Shown in pieces: positions 25,326-37,139 of a stretch of DNA of 64,000 bases (positions are counted from its first letter, which is position 1; each line of letters opens with the position of its first letter). This stretch comes from Squalus acanthias. Taxonomy: Eukaryota. A program made the translations under genes and the position numbers. The DNA lies in assembly GCA_030390025.1 (NCBI GenBank), contig CM059432.1:37202001-37266000 (forward strand). The letters run 5' to 3'. The notes under the pieces are model-generated. The model worked only from the letters and a program-made list of their open reading frames with translations, ran no database searches and had not been told where the DNA came from.

Positions 25326-25750
25326 CTTTATCCTGTGCTGCAGCCTCTGCTGCCCATTCCTCTCCGGTCCGCTGTCCTCGGGCCCCGTGCTCTTTATCCT
25401 GTGCTGCAGCCTCTGCTGCCCATTCCTCTCCGGTCCGCTGTCCTCGGGCCCCGTGCTCTTTATCCTGTGATGCAGCCTCTGCTGCCCATTCCTCTCCGGT
25501 CCGCTGTCCTCGGGCCCCGTGCTCTTTATCCTGTGCTGCAGCCTCTGCTGCCCATTCCTCTCCGGTCCGCTGTCCTCGGGCCCCGTGCTCTTTATCCTGT
25601 GCTGCAGCCTCTGCTGCCCATTCCTCTCCGGTCCGCTGTCCTCGGGCCCCGTGCTCTTTATCCTGTGCTGCAGCCTCTGCTGCCCATTCCTCTCCATTCC
25701 ACTGTCCTCGGGCCCTGCGCACTTTATCCTGTGCTGTCGCCTCTGCTGCC
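25326..25750. repeat. 66-bp tandem repeat, about 6.4 copies, in the CR1 5'UTR
   Basis: Unit ctttatcctgtgctgcagcctctgctgcccattcctctccggtccgctgtcctcgggccccgtgct; 22-aa periodicity in the overlapping ORFs. Confidence 0.95.
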
Positions 25751-26061
25751 GATTTCTTTCAGGTCCGCTGGCTCTGTGCTGCTGCTGATTCCTTTCAGGT
25801 AATCCGCTATGCTCTTAAAGGGATAGGTAGAAAAACACTCTTTCACGTCACATTACCCCGCCTCTCTGCTGACTTTAGGTTGTCGTTTCTGGTTTGTGGG
25901 AGAGGACCCCGAAATATGAAGACTGTGCCCTTTTGAGTAATGTGTTCCTGGCCACTCTTCGCATCTACACCCTCCTTGTGTTCTCACTCCCTCTTTCTGC
26001 AAAATGAAGGCAAACCTCTTTCGGCAACTAGAGTCTCTTTTTTGTAATTGTGTAATTTGGA

Positions 26062-26418
26062 TATGGTAGTGTAGTAGTTATGGTGCTGGGCTCACCATCT
26101 AAATTGAATTTGAACAAATTTAGTGTTTGTGTGCTGGCATCAGAAAAGATGACGCTGAAATCTGCCCAATTGTTGACTAATGGATCCTGCCAGTCGTACC
26201 CCGTAAGGCTTACAAGTTACTCCACTGACTGTGTTCGACTCTGAATGCTCTATGAAGTGGCTTGGCAAGCTACCCAGGTGTAAAAACAATCGCTACGAGC
26301 TGAAAACTAAAATAATTTGACAAGGCGGTCCACCATCGCCACCTCAGGGCAACTAGGGATGGGCAATAAATGTGACCTCAGCAGCGTTGCTCACATCTCA
26401 AAGTCAAATACAAAAAAG
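26062..26418 (+). mobile_element. Decayed tRNA-head SINE sharing the family B LINE tail
   Basis: Head ggtagtgtagtagttatg and tail actagggatgggcaataaatg; homologous to 60440-61620 and 48553-48878. Confidence 0.65.
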
Positions 26419-26924
26419 TATCAATCAATGAGGACTGTAACTTTTTTCTGTCCATTATGTTCAGCCTGGTTTTGAGTTCCTCATTCAACAGTTAGGAAGT
26501 AGAAGGAAAGAGTAGAACAGTGTATTTGGTGCATGAGAGTGACGAGAGGTAAATTCAAAGCAGCGCTATCTACAAAATAGGTTCTGATGGAGTGAGAGAT
26601 GAAGAAAAAGGAAAAGCACTCCCTCAGAACTGCACTGGCGTGTCAGCCTAGATTTATGTGCTCAAGTTCCTGAAGTGGAACTTGAACCCGCAACCTTCTG
26701 ACTGAGGCAAGTGTGCTACCCACTGAGCCACAGATAGGAGAGCTGTCAATTGCAGATTTGCAAGCTTTATTGAAGGCTTCCAGGGGCAGTGCTGCAAGGC
26801 CTTGTTCGGTATGGAAGCAGTATTGAAGTCTGGGAGATTTGGGCTTTATAGATCTTTGTAACTGGTGGGGGATGGAGAGAGCATGAAAGATGAAAAAATG
26901 CACCATTTAGTGTAGTACAGTCGA

Positions 26925-28785
26925 TCCTTACATTTATACAGCACCTTTAATGTAGAAATGTGTCGCAGGCCATTACGGAGGTGTGAGGAAATCAAGAGAT
27001 TAGCAAGGTGACTAACAACTAGGTTGAAGTGGTGGATTTTGAAATCTGAGATGGTGGGGTTTAAGGCAGGACTCGCATGGAAGTTGGTGGCTTAAGATGG
27101 TAAGTTGAATGGAGGGAGCGATAGAGAAGAGGCTGTAGATGTTGTAGAGTTGGAGAAGGTTTGAGGTTATGGAGGAATAAAAATTTTAGTTTTGAGATGT
27201 TGAGGGATTTGGAGCCAATGTCAGTGGTGGATGAGGCGGGTTGGGTTTGCTGGATGAGCATGGGATAGGCTACAAGAGTTTTGAATGATACCGGAGGTGC
27301 AAGTACATGGTTTTTGTAATGGAGATGATATGGATTGGAAACTCCGCTCAGGGTTTAACAGGGCACTGAGCTTGTGAATAGTTTGGTTCAGGCTGAGGTG
27401 AGAGCTGAGGAGAGGGATGGAATAAGTGGTGAGGGACGTAGTTTGTGACAGTCGCTTCATTCTCCCCAGTGTTTCTCAAAATTGAGACTCACCGAAAACT
27501 GGATGTTGGACAAACAGTCTGACAGCACAGAAGTGAGAGGTAGTGGTGAGGAAGAGCTGGATGTCATGAGTATGCATGTCAAAGCTGACTATGTTGGCTG
27601 ATGAAGTTGTTTAGAAGTTGCATTGAGGTGAGTGGTGTTACAGTTGGGGTCACAGTGTGAGGGTGGGGAAGAGAAGTCATTCCTGGAGATGCTCTGCCAA
27701 TGATTGCATAGGTAAGAGTGGAATTCAAGTGAAGGCAGTCCCACTGAACTGGACAATGGATGAGAGACGTTGTAGGAGGAAGGTGTGGCCGGTTGTCGAA
27801 AGCTGCAGGGTGGATGAGGGATAATGTACCAATGTTTGTGACTTTGGTTCGGATCTTCCTGGTACTGTGGGAGAGGCTGAAGCTAGATTGGAGGGATTGA
27901 TGTATAGAGCTGTGGCAGAGGTGTGCACAGAGCTGGAAGGTGACAACCGGGATAATGGGGAGATTGGATTTTGAGGCAGTAGTTCAGGAGAATGGTGGGG
28001 GCGGGATCAAGAATTTTTTTGAGCTGATTTGTGGTGTTGAAAGGAAGGGGAGCCAGTATCTGAGGGGGGAAACTAGAGTTGAGGTGCAGGTCAGCCTTGA
28101 TCTAAATGAATGGTTAAGTAGGCTCGAGGGACTGAATGGCCTACTTCTGTTCCTATGTAACCCATTTATGTCAGCTAGCATAGGGACCAGGATGGAATAT
28201 GCATGGACAGATCTTTAGTTGGAATGGAGTTGAAGGGACAGAGGATAAGATGACCTCAGAGGGTGGGGTGTCTGTAAACTGCACATGGATGTGGGTTCTG
28301 AGCTAGCCTGGTAGAAGGATTTGGGGGGTGGGGGCAGGCAATTGGTTTGGGGGTCTTAGAAATGGGGGGAAGCAGCATGGTTAGCTAAATGTGTGGTTGG
28401 TATCTTGGTGAGAATAAAATTCCATGAGTTCCACACATTTGTTAGAGGTGAGGGGACAGGGGAGAGAACTTTGCATGACTTGGACTTGAGGGAACGAAGA
28501 TGGGGCTGGCTGGGGGAAGGATAGGGATGGGAGGCATGCAAGTTTTTGCTTGGACGAGGCTATTGAAAGTGGAGATGAGTGAGTATTGAAGCACCAAGAG
28601 TTAGAGGTATCATGACAGGTGTTGAGGGATACAAGGAAGTGTTTGGCGATAACTTCGTCAATGATCAAGGTCATGGGAGTGAGTGTCTGTAAATATGGAC
28701 AGGAAAGTTTATATGGAGGGAGAGGTTCAGAGAGGACAGGAGGATATTCAATTCCACGTTGAGACAGGGTGAGGTGAAGCTTCAA
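26925..28785 (-). mobile_element. Old L2-type LINE ORF2 remnant with a small CR1 tail inside at about 28060-28160
   Basis: Purine-rich + strand similar to 58295-58920; L2-like tail catttatacagcacctttaa at ~26930; no intact ORF. Confidence 0.6.
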
Positions 28786-30384
28786 GTCCCAGTTTGTGCT
28801 GAGTTAGCTGGTCTCAGATGGGGCATTATTTGTATTGCAACACTATGCTCTGTGCCCCTGGGCTGGGAAGGTCAGTGAGCCCCTCAGCAAGAGTTCACAA
28901 GGAGAGAAAAACAAAACCTGGTACTAGTAGAAGGCACTTTGCCAAGAAACTGATACAGCAAATATCAACTAAGCCGCCAAATTGGATTGTCTGCGAAGAA
29001 TGTAGCCACCTGGCTGCATTACTTAGTGTGCTTAATTGGGTTATTGCACAAGTATATTAAGCCAGCAATATTTAACGTTTATTCAAATGAGCTTTCCAAT
29101 TAAGTCAACGTAGGTGTTTTTAGATTTTTTTTATGGTGTTCCACGCTGTTGCTTTTATCTGCTCAGCTATCCTTAATCTTGGTACCATATGTCTTTTATT
29201 TTCCCCGTAGACTGGATTCTGTAGAGGGAATGACATCAATTGACATCTTAATTAAATCAGTTAAATTCATCCATAATAAGTTTGTGTTTTCAGTTTGTGC
29301 GTGCTACTCTCTTGCATTAATGATGTGAAACCTGAGCGGAAAAGGGGGAATAAAATGGTAATTTCTGTGAATCTGTTTTTCTCCTTCCCTCCTGAAGCGA
29401 TTGCCTCCTTGCTTGGGGTGCAATTTAGCAAGTACCAGTTGCCCTCTGATAACCTCACTCAAGTAGCTCGTCACCACCAGTCAAGCCCAATCCCCTCCTC
29501 ACCCACACTGTTTCAGTTGACAGCAGTGGATTGTGGTCAGGAATGGGGATATGGCCTTTCATGTATAGTGCCCATCTTGTACGAACTGTACTGCCTCCAT
29601 GAGCTTATTTTACAAACCAAGGATCAAACCTGGCACCTTCCTGCTCTGTGGGGCTTTAGTAATCTGTCTACTTAATACTTAATTTCTCTAGACATAAGTT
29701 CCTTTTGATGCAAGCTTTGTTTGAAGCTTTGAGCTTTTTGGTGTATAAAAGGCTTGCAGCAAATAGAATCAGCATTATCAAAAAGGAAAAATCAATTAAG
29801 ATGAATGGCATCTTCGTTCATCCAGTGTCAAGTACAATGGAATCTTTGAGACAAACTTAATTGTTTTTATTTCTGCTTGCTGTGCAACTTGTCAAGATTA
29901 AGGATTAATATATACCTATTGTTTTCTGGCCATATTGTCACTTGATGAGCTATCCTTTAGCAACCAAGTCTCAACAGCAATTACATCTTTAAAGTAGTAA
30001 TGTCCCAAACTACGACAGTGATGAGAAGGCCCTGAGCAGTAGTGATGACGAAGGAATGGTTAAGAGGCTTGAGGCTTTTCAAGATGGGATGGGGAGTATC
30101 AAGTGGTTCAGCAGAGAATTTGCGGACTGAAAAGGGAAAATTACCATGAAACTGCTGGATTGTTCTAAAACACAACTAGTTCCCTAATGTCCTTTAGGGA
30201 AGGGAACCTGCCACCCCATGTGGTCTAACCTGCATGTGACTCCAGCCCCACACCCAACGTGGTTGACTCTTATTGCCATCTGAAGTGGCCTAGCAAGCTA
30301 CTCAGTTGTTAGCAGTGGGCAATAAATGCTTTGCATTGTCTGCATCCTGAGAACCAATAAAAACTCAGCATTCAGGTAACTGTT

Positions 30385-33040
30385 AAAAACCCAGAAAATG
30401 CTGGAAATACTCAGCAGGTCAGGCAGCATCTGTGGAGAGAGAAACAAAGTTAATGTTTCAGGTTGATGACCTTTCATCTGAACTGGAAGAGGTTAGAGAT
30501 GTAATGGTTTTAAGCAAGTACAGAGGCAGGGAAAAGGGGGAGAGGAAAAAAGAACAAAAGGGAAGGTCTGTGATGGGGTGGAAGGCAGGACAGGTTAAAT
30601 GACAAAAGGGATGATGGTGCAAGGCAAAAGGGGATGGTAATGGGGCAAGTCAAGAAACAAAAGATGGGTCTGGAGGTATAAATGGCAATTGCAGAATCAT
30701 TACCAACAGCTGTTGGGGAAAAAATGGTGCGAGTGGTTATGATTTGAAATTGTTGAATTCAGTATTGAGTTCAGAAGGCTGTGAAGTGCCTAATCGAAAG
30801 GTGAGGTGCTGTTCCTCGAGCTTGCGTTGAGCTTCATTGGAACAGTGTAGGAGGCTGAAGACAGAAGATTGGAGTGGAGCGGAGAATTAAAATGACAGGC
30901 AACCGGAAGATCAGGGTCACGCTTGCAGACTGAACGGAGGTGTTCTGCAAAGTGATCACCCAATCTGTGTTTGGTCTTCCCAATGTAGAGGAGACCACAT
31001 TTGCTTCTGTCTGAATTGAAAGTAGTACAAGTAAATCGCTGTTTGACATGGAAGGTGTGTTTGGGGCCCTGGGCAGGTGTTGCATCTCCTGTGCTTGCAC
31101 GGGAAGATGTCATGGAAAGGGGAGGGGGTGTTGGGTGTTAAGATTGGACCAGGGTGTTGTGGAGGGAACAGTCCCTTCGAAGGTTAAAAAGGATGGGGAA
31201 GATGTGGAAAGGGGAGGGGAAGGCGTGTTTGGTGGCAGCATCACGCGGGAGGTAGTGGAAATGGCGGCGGATGATCCGTTGCATGTGGAAGCTGGTTGAA
31301 GGTGAAGACGAGGGCAACCATATAATGGTTGTGCAAGTGCGGGAAATGGGACGGACATGGTCGAGGGCCCTGTCAACCATGGTGGAGGGGAATCCTTGGT
31401 TGAGGAACAAGGAAGACCTATCTGAAGCACTGGTATGGAAGGTGGTATTGTCAGAACAGATGCGACGGAGACGCAAAAACTGGGAGAATGGAACAGAGTT
31501 CTTGCTGGAAGCGGGATGGGAGGAAGTGCAGTCAAGGTAGCTGTTCGAGTCAGTGGGCTTCTAATGGATATTGGTCGATAGCCTATCCCCAGAAATTCAG
31601 AAATGAAGATAGAGAAGTTGAGGAAGGCAAGAGTTGGAGATGGGCCATGTGAAGGCGAGGGAAGGGTGGAAATTGGAAGCAAAGTTGATTAAATTTTCCA
31701 GTTTGGTGCAAGAGCAGGGAACGGCACTGATAGTCATCAATGTACCGGAAAAAGAGGTGAACATCAATGTACCGGAAAAAGAGGTGAGGACGGGGACCTG
31801 AGTAGGACTGGAACAAAGCATGTTCCACATGTACCATGCAAAGGCAGGCATAGATAGGACCCATTTGGGTTCCCACAGCAGCACCTACTACTTGGAAGGA
31901 GTGAGTGGAGTCAAAGGTGAAGTTGTTCAATGTGAGAACCAGTTCAGCCAGGCGGAGAAGGCTGTTGGTGGATGAAGACTGGTTGGGCCCCTGTTCAAGG
32001 AAGAAACGGAGGGCCCTCATGTCGTCCTGGTGGGGGATGGAGGTGTAAAGGGATTTGATGTCCGTGGTGGGAAGGGGACAGCTAGGGCTGGGAAACTGTT
32101 TAAGAGGCAGAGGGCATCGGAGAAGTCGTGAATATCGGTAGAGACTGGACAAGGGGAGAAAAAAATAATCGAGATGGGAAGAAATCAGTTCCATGAGGCA
32201 GTAACAGGCTGAAATGATGGGTCTACCCGGGCAGTCCTGTTTGTGGATCTTGGGAAGGAGGTAGAAGTGGGCTGTGGGTGGTTGGGGGACTACGTGGTTG
32301 GAGGCCATGGAGGGAAGATCTCCAGAGGAGATGAGGTCAATGACAGTCTGGGAAATGATGGCTTGATGTTCGGTGGTGGGGTCATGGTTCAGGGGGAGGT
32401 AGGAGGAGGTGTCAGTTGGCGTTCAGCCTCCAGAAGGTAGAGGTCGGTTTGCCCAACAACAGCGCCACCCATGTCAGCAGGTTTCATGGCGAGGTTAGGG
32501 TTGACCTGAGAGAATGGAGTACTGCAAGTTCAGAACGAGGTAGTTTAAAGTGAGTGTACAGAGTACAAAAATTGAGGCGGTTGATGTCACGACGGCAGTT
32601 CCCAATGAAACTATCTAGAGACGGCAAGAGACCAGAGGGAGGGATCCAGGTGCAACGAGAATTCTGAAGACGAGAGAAAGGATCTGCTGTGCGGGGGGGA
32701 GATTCTTGGCCAAAGAAGTGGACGCGGGGGCGAAGGCGACGGAAGAAGAGCTCAGCATCATGCCGAGCTTGAAATTCAATGAGGTGTTTCAGGTGTAAGG
32801 GGATGAAGCTGAGGCCTTTGCTGGGTACTAATTGTTCGGGGCAGAGAGGGGAAGGTCAGAGGGGAATAGTGAAAACTCAGCAAAGGGTGAGATTAGTAGG
32901 AGGGATGGGGTCAGAGGAAAGCGAAGGGGAAGAAGGATCCGGAGGGGTGTTGGTATCCAAGAATCGTTGAAGCTTGCGATCCTTGACACCTGAAAGTAAG
33001 AAACGTTTTTTGTGAAAGCGAGTTTTGGCAGATACCTGAT
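30385..33040 (-). mobile_element. Penelope-like element (RT plus GIY-YIG endonuclease), frameshifted, with 3' pLTR
   Basis: FYLLPKIHKQDCPGRPIIS, DIKSLYTSIPH, GAAVGTQMGPIYACL and RYIDD (31583-32308); GIY-YIG CGLLYIGKTKHRLGDHFAEH...PVACHFN (30790-31113); decayed hammerhead motif cagatgaaaggtcatcaacctgaaac on the minus strand at ~30455-30482. Confidence 0.92.
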
Positions 33041-34244
33041 CAAACACGAGAAGGGAAATAGAAAGCAATGTAGGTGAACAAGGTAAAAGAGACGGACTGT
33101 TATATACCATCTACTTCAGAGTACTGTACATACAATCGTCAGGACCGTTGATATTTTCCCCTGTGTCGCACCTAGTGACCTGCGCTCAATCCTCTTGCCA
33201 ATGGTTATGATTATCTGCTCCAAGATATTGTTGGAGCAGGCATAGGGGAGAATTGCTTGGATTTCCAGTGGTACATATAAGATTATAGCAACTTGCAAAT
33301 GTCCTTATATCCTGCCACTCAGCATCACAAAGTTTTGGTACAAACTGACAGCTCATTAAAGTATTGACTGACAAAGAGGGTCCAGGATTGATTCTTGGCC
33401 TGTGCTAAGTCACATTTGATCTCAGCTGGTGCAGCAGTTGGGTGCTACAATTGGCTCGGAACCCCTGGGCTGAATAGGAGGAATGCTTGCTCATGAAGAA
33501 TGGCCACTTGGAGACAGGGACTTTGGGGAAGTGGGGGGGCAGGGAAATTGGTAACACAAAAGCTCCAAAACCTTGATGTCTCCACAATTAATCGATTTTT
33601 GATGAATAAGGGTATCAAAGGATATGGAACCTAGGTGGGTAAATGGAGTTGGAAGATTAGATCAGCCATGATCTCATTGAATGACAGAACAAGCTCGAAG
33701 AGCTGAATGGCCTATTTCTGTTCCTATTTGTTAGTTCAGAATTTCTATAATTTCCAGTTTAAAAAGAAGGAACTTTCATTATGTGTGCCTGCCCTTTTTG
33801 ATATTTTCTCAGTCCAAACACTGAACAAAAACCCTTTTTGCACCAAAGTGATTAGAGGTCTTTGTGCTCGAGGTGAAATCTGGCAGTCTATTTGTGAATG
33901 TTTTGCATCCTAAGCATTATAATAGACAAATTGGGAGAACAGTATGTGCTTGGTCCAAGGATTCTACTCAATGAATTGTGATTTGGTATTCTGTGCTTCT
34001 GATGAGAACTTGGCTTCAATCAAATTTTCAGTTTCATCCTGAGGCAACTGTACTGTCTAACCGTGTGAAATTCTTCTGTGTCTGGTGAAAGATAAATTGA
34101 AAAGCTCCAACAGTGTCTGCAGAGATTTTAAGCTGTGTAATTGGTGACAGTGTATTAAGTTGTACCAATATACTTATAGTGCTGGTTACATAACACTGAC
34201 CAGGTTAAATATGAAAGTTGCAAATGATACAGTACAGTAACTGT

Positions 34245-34665
34245 TAGCTTGTCTCGGTGGTAGCACTCTGGCCTTTGAGTTGGAAGGATCATGAGTTCAA
34301 GACCTATTCTAGAGACTTGAGCACATATTCGATGCTACATTTTCAGTGCAGAACTGAAGGAGTGCTGCACTATCATAGATGCCATCTTGCAGATGAGACT
34401 TTAAACTGCCAGTTCCGGTGGGCGTAGAAGGTCCCACGCCATTAATCAAAAAAGAGTAAGGGAATTCTGGTATCCTGGCCAACATTTTTCTCTGAACCAG
34501 CAGTGACAAAAGCTCTTGCTGTTTGTGAGATCTTGCTGTGAGCAAATTATCTGCCACGTTTGCTTACATAGCAAAAGTGACAACGGTTGGTGAAGCAATT
34601 TATTGGTTGTGAAGAACTTTGGGACATCCTGAGGGCGTGACGGGTGTTGTTTAAATTTTAGTTCT
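34245..34665 (+). mobile_element. Deu-domain SINE (SacSINE1-like)
   Basis: Head cggtggtagcactctgg...gagttcaag and Deu-like core gagtgctgcact...gatgagac; homologous to 45892-46332. Confidence 0.78.
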
Positions 34666-34729
34666 TTTTTGTTTACAGTCTGCTTGTCATCTGTTGATTT
34701 GAGGTATTTATGATGTAGAGCAGAGATTT

Positions 34730-34830
34730 AAAATAAAAACAGAAAATACTGGAAATACAGCAGGCAGCATCTGTATAGAGAGTAACAGTTAACGTTTCAG
34801 GTCGATGACCTTTTGTCCGATTTAGTTCCC
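34730..34830 (-). mobile_element. Solo Penelope pLTR fragment (similar remnants at about 49415-49530 and 59895-59990)
   Basis: Matches 30385-30485; the minus strand reads aaggtcatcgacctgaaacgttaac (hammerhead stem II and GAAA remnant). Confidence 0.7.
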
Positions 34831-35954
34831 CAGCAATGCTAGCAAACTTCCTATTCTGTGGTGGTGGGAGTGAAGGGGTGAGAGAAACTGCAGCGAGTGC
34901 ATGAAGGTACCACCAGGCGCAGTAAGAAGCCGTAGACCAGAATGTGCCAGCTTTGATTCTGACTCTCTGCTGAACTCGGCTGTTGGTGTTGCAGTTGGCT
35001 TCAGTTCCCCGTGGGGTGTAGAAATAGGCAGAAAAGTACTGCTCCAGTTTCCCATCTGGTGCCTCCTGCTGGAAATTGCACAAGTGGACTACTGCTAGGG
35101 ATATGATCAGGCTCTGTTCCCTGTGCAGTCAGATTGCCTGCTGACACTTGCACATGTGGAATGGGTGAGGTGTCTGAGGACAGTTACAAATATATCAGAG
35201 AATTGTTAAGAGGTGGGGCACCTGCGAGGAGAGGATAGTGAGTTTGAGGATAAATGGGAATTGGCAGGGATACTACATAAATACTTTGCATCAGTGTTTG
35301 CAAAAGAGAAGGATAATAGGGAGGAAGTAAATGCTGAATTGGTTAAAAGTGAAATGAGAGGAACCGTGGGCTAATTTCTTCACTCCAACAAGGGGAACTG
35401 AAGCCAATTGCAACACCCCAACTGCTTCGGCTGAGATCAGCAGACTGCACAGAGCCAGAATCGAACCTGGCATATTCTGCTCTGACTTTTTTCTGCGCCT
35501 GGTGATGCCTTTTTTTAAAATGGAAAGTATGAGAGATTAGTTAAGCTAAAGGGGGACAAAGTCCCTGGGCCTGACTGGATACATAGGAATTGCTGGACAA
35601 AAAAAGACCAATGTCCATCTCGTTCGCCTTCCACTATCCTGGTAATCACATAATTCAACGATAGTGGATTTGTTGACTAATCCTGGCAATCAATCTCTCA
35701 ATTAGTCTACAACAGACCAAGAGATGGGGTGAGGGAAAACCCCCAGTGGCGGAAAGCTTTGGGAATCGTAGGTCTCAAGTCACCTGTTCTTCCCAAGCAT
35801 GCTGCGCTTGTCAAATGTCGTGTCTCTCAAATTACTCGATTATATCCCAATATGTTATTTTCTGATCGAAATCTAACTCTGGAAAGGAGAATAAAGGGTT
35901 ATGGGAACAGGGCAATTAATGGGCTTAGGACTACTGCTCATGTGGAGCATAAAA

Positions 35955-36395
35955 GAAAGAACAAACTTCCATTTATATAGTGCCTTTTATGACCCCGGAC
36001 GCTCCAAAGTAATTAAATAATTTTGAAATGTAGTCAATGTTGTAACGTCGTAAATGTAGCAGCCAATTTATACACAGGCTCCCACAAATAACAATGAGAT
36101 AATGACCCGATAATCAGTTTTATTTCCATGGTGTTGATTGATGGATGAACATTGGCCAGGACACCGAGAGAACACCCTTGCTTTTTTTTGAGTAGTGCTA
36201 TGGGATCATTTATGTTCACCTGAGAAGGCGGACGGTTTAACCAAGGGCCTTGGTTTAACGACTCCTCCGAAAGATGGCACCTCCAACAGTGCAGCACTCT
36301 GAGTACTGCACTGAGGTGTCGGTTTAGACTGAGACTTGAACCCAGAACCTTCTGACTCTGGGAGGGTGCTACCTACTGAGCCAAGGCTGACACCA
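35955..36395 (-). mobile_element. Deu-domain SINE (SacSINE1-like)
   Basis: Reverse-complement homologue of 45892-46332 from head to tail. Confidence 0.8.
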
Positions 36396-37072
36396 ACATG
36401 GACTGATGGGGCCTTGCAGCCTATTTGCAGATTGTAATTTCTATGTAATTCTACTTAAGTCACCAGTTTCAGAACAAGAGGAGAGACATGTCCAAATTGG
36501 CAGAAAGATAAAGCCCTGTCTAACTTAAAATGGTGAGCATCAGTTGAACAGGACTGAAAGTGACACTGCGCAGTGATGCATAGCCTGATTACCTCCAGTT
36601 GGGCTGCGTTTAGTGTGGTTAATGGATAATATAAGTGACTCGGTTTGCCAATAACATGAGCACACATCCCATCTCCCAGAGGGAGAACAAAAACTAGCAT
36701 CTATCTGGTCCGGCTGTACAGATGTAAATCTGTTGGGCCTTGTGGAAAAGTAAGCACAAATGCAGCAGAAATATTATAATCTGTAGCATGAGTTTACCAC
36801 ACATCCCTGGATTTCCACAGGCAGCAGTTATTTTTTAATTTTGAAATTTTCCACCCTGTGGAGATTTTTTTTCAACAACTTTCAGCTTGTATTGAAATAT
36901 CACACTTGATGGATCAGTGCTTAGTGATTTTCTTTTCATCTTGAAATGGGATTAATCACAGCACCGATGTGTTTAATTTCCAATTTGACTTGTGCTCTTG
37001 CTCCCTTACTACTGCGGGCTCATTTGTTCTTGCTCCCATGCCAACGCTCATATACATACACACACGCTCATC

Positions 37073-37077
<5 letters not shown>

Positions 37078-37118
<41 letters not shown>
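37078..37118. repeat. (AC)n microsatellite, about 20 units
   Basis: Read directly. Confidence 0.97.
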
Positions 37119-37119
<1 letters not shown>

Positions 37120-37139
37120 CAGTTTATTTTTGTATGTTC

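Larger units (their letters stand above)
22713..25960 (-). mobile_element. CR1 LINE 5' portion (5'UTR with tandem array, ORF1, endonuclease start), interrupted by a younger CR1 3' end at 23820-24530
   Basis: ORF1 starts MAGQLSPTDCTSCAMWE (25061); esterase VVHISTNAIG; endonuclease IWLELRN..FYRPPNS..MGDFNYP (22664-23053). The sequence accatcctgg|...|gtctgcggccgcagaaacgcc is contiguous in the copy at 15235-15270. Confidence 0.88.

Noticed and set aside
25248..25936. Several 149-216 aa repetitive ORFs, or a CRISPR-like array
   Set aside because: Products of a 66-bp head-to-tail tandem repeat with no unique spacers.
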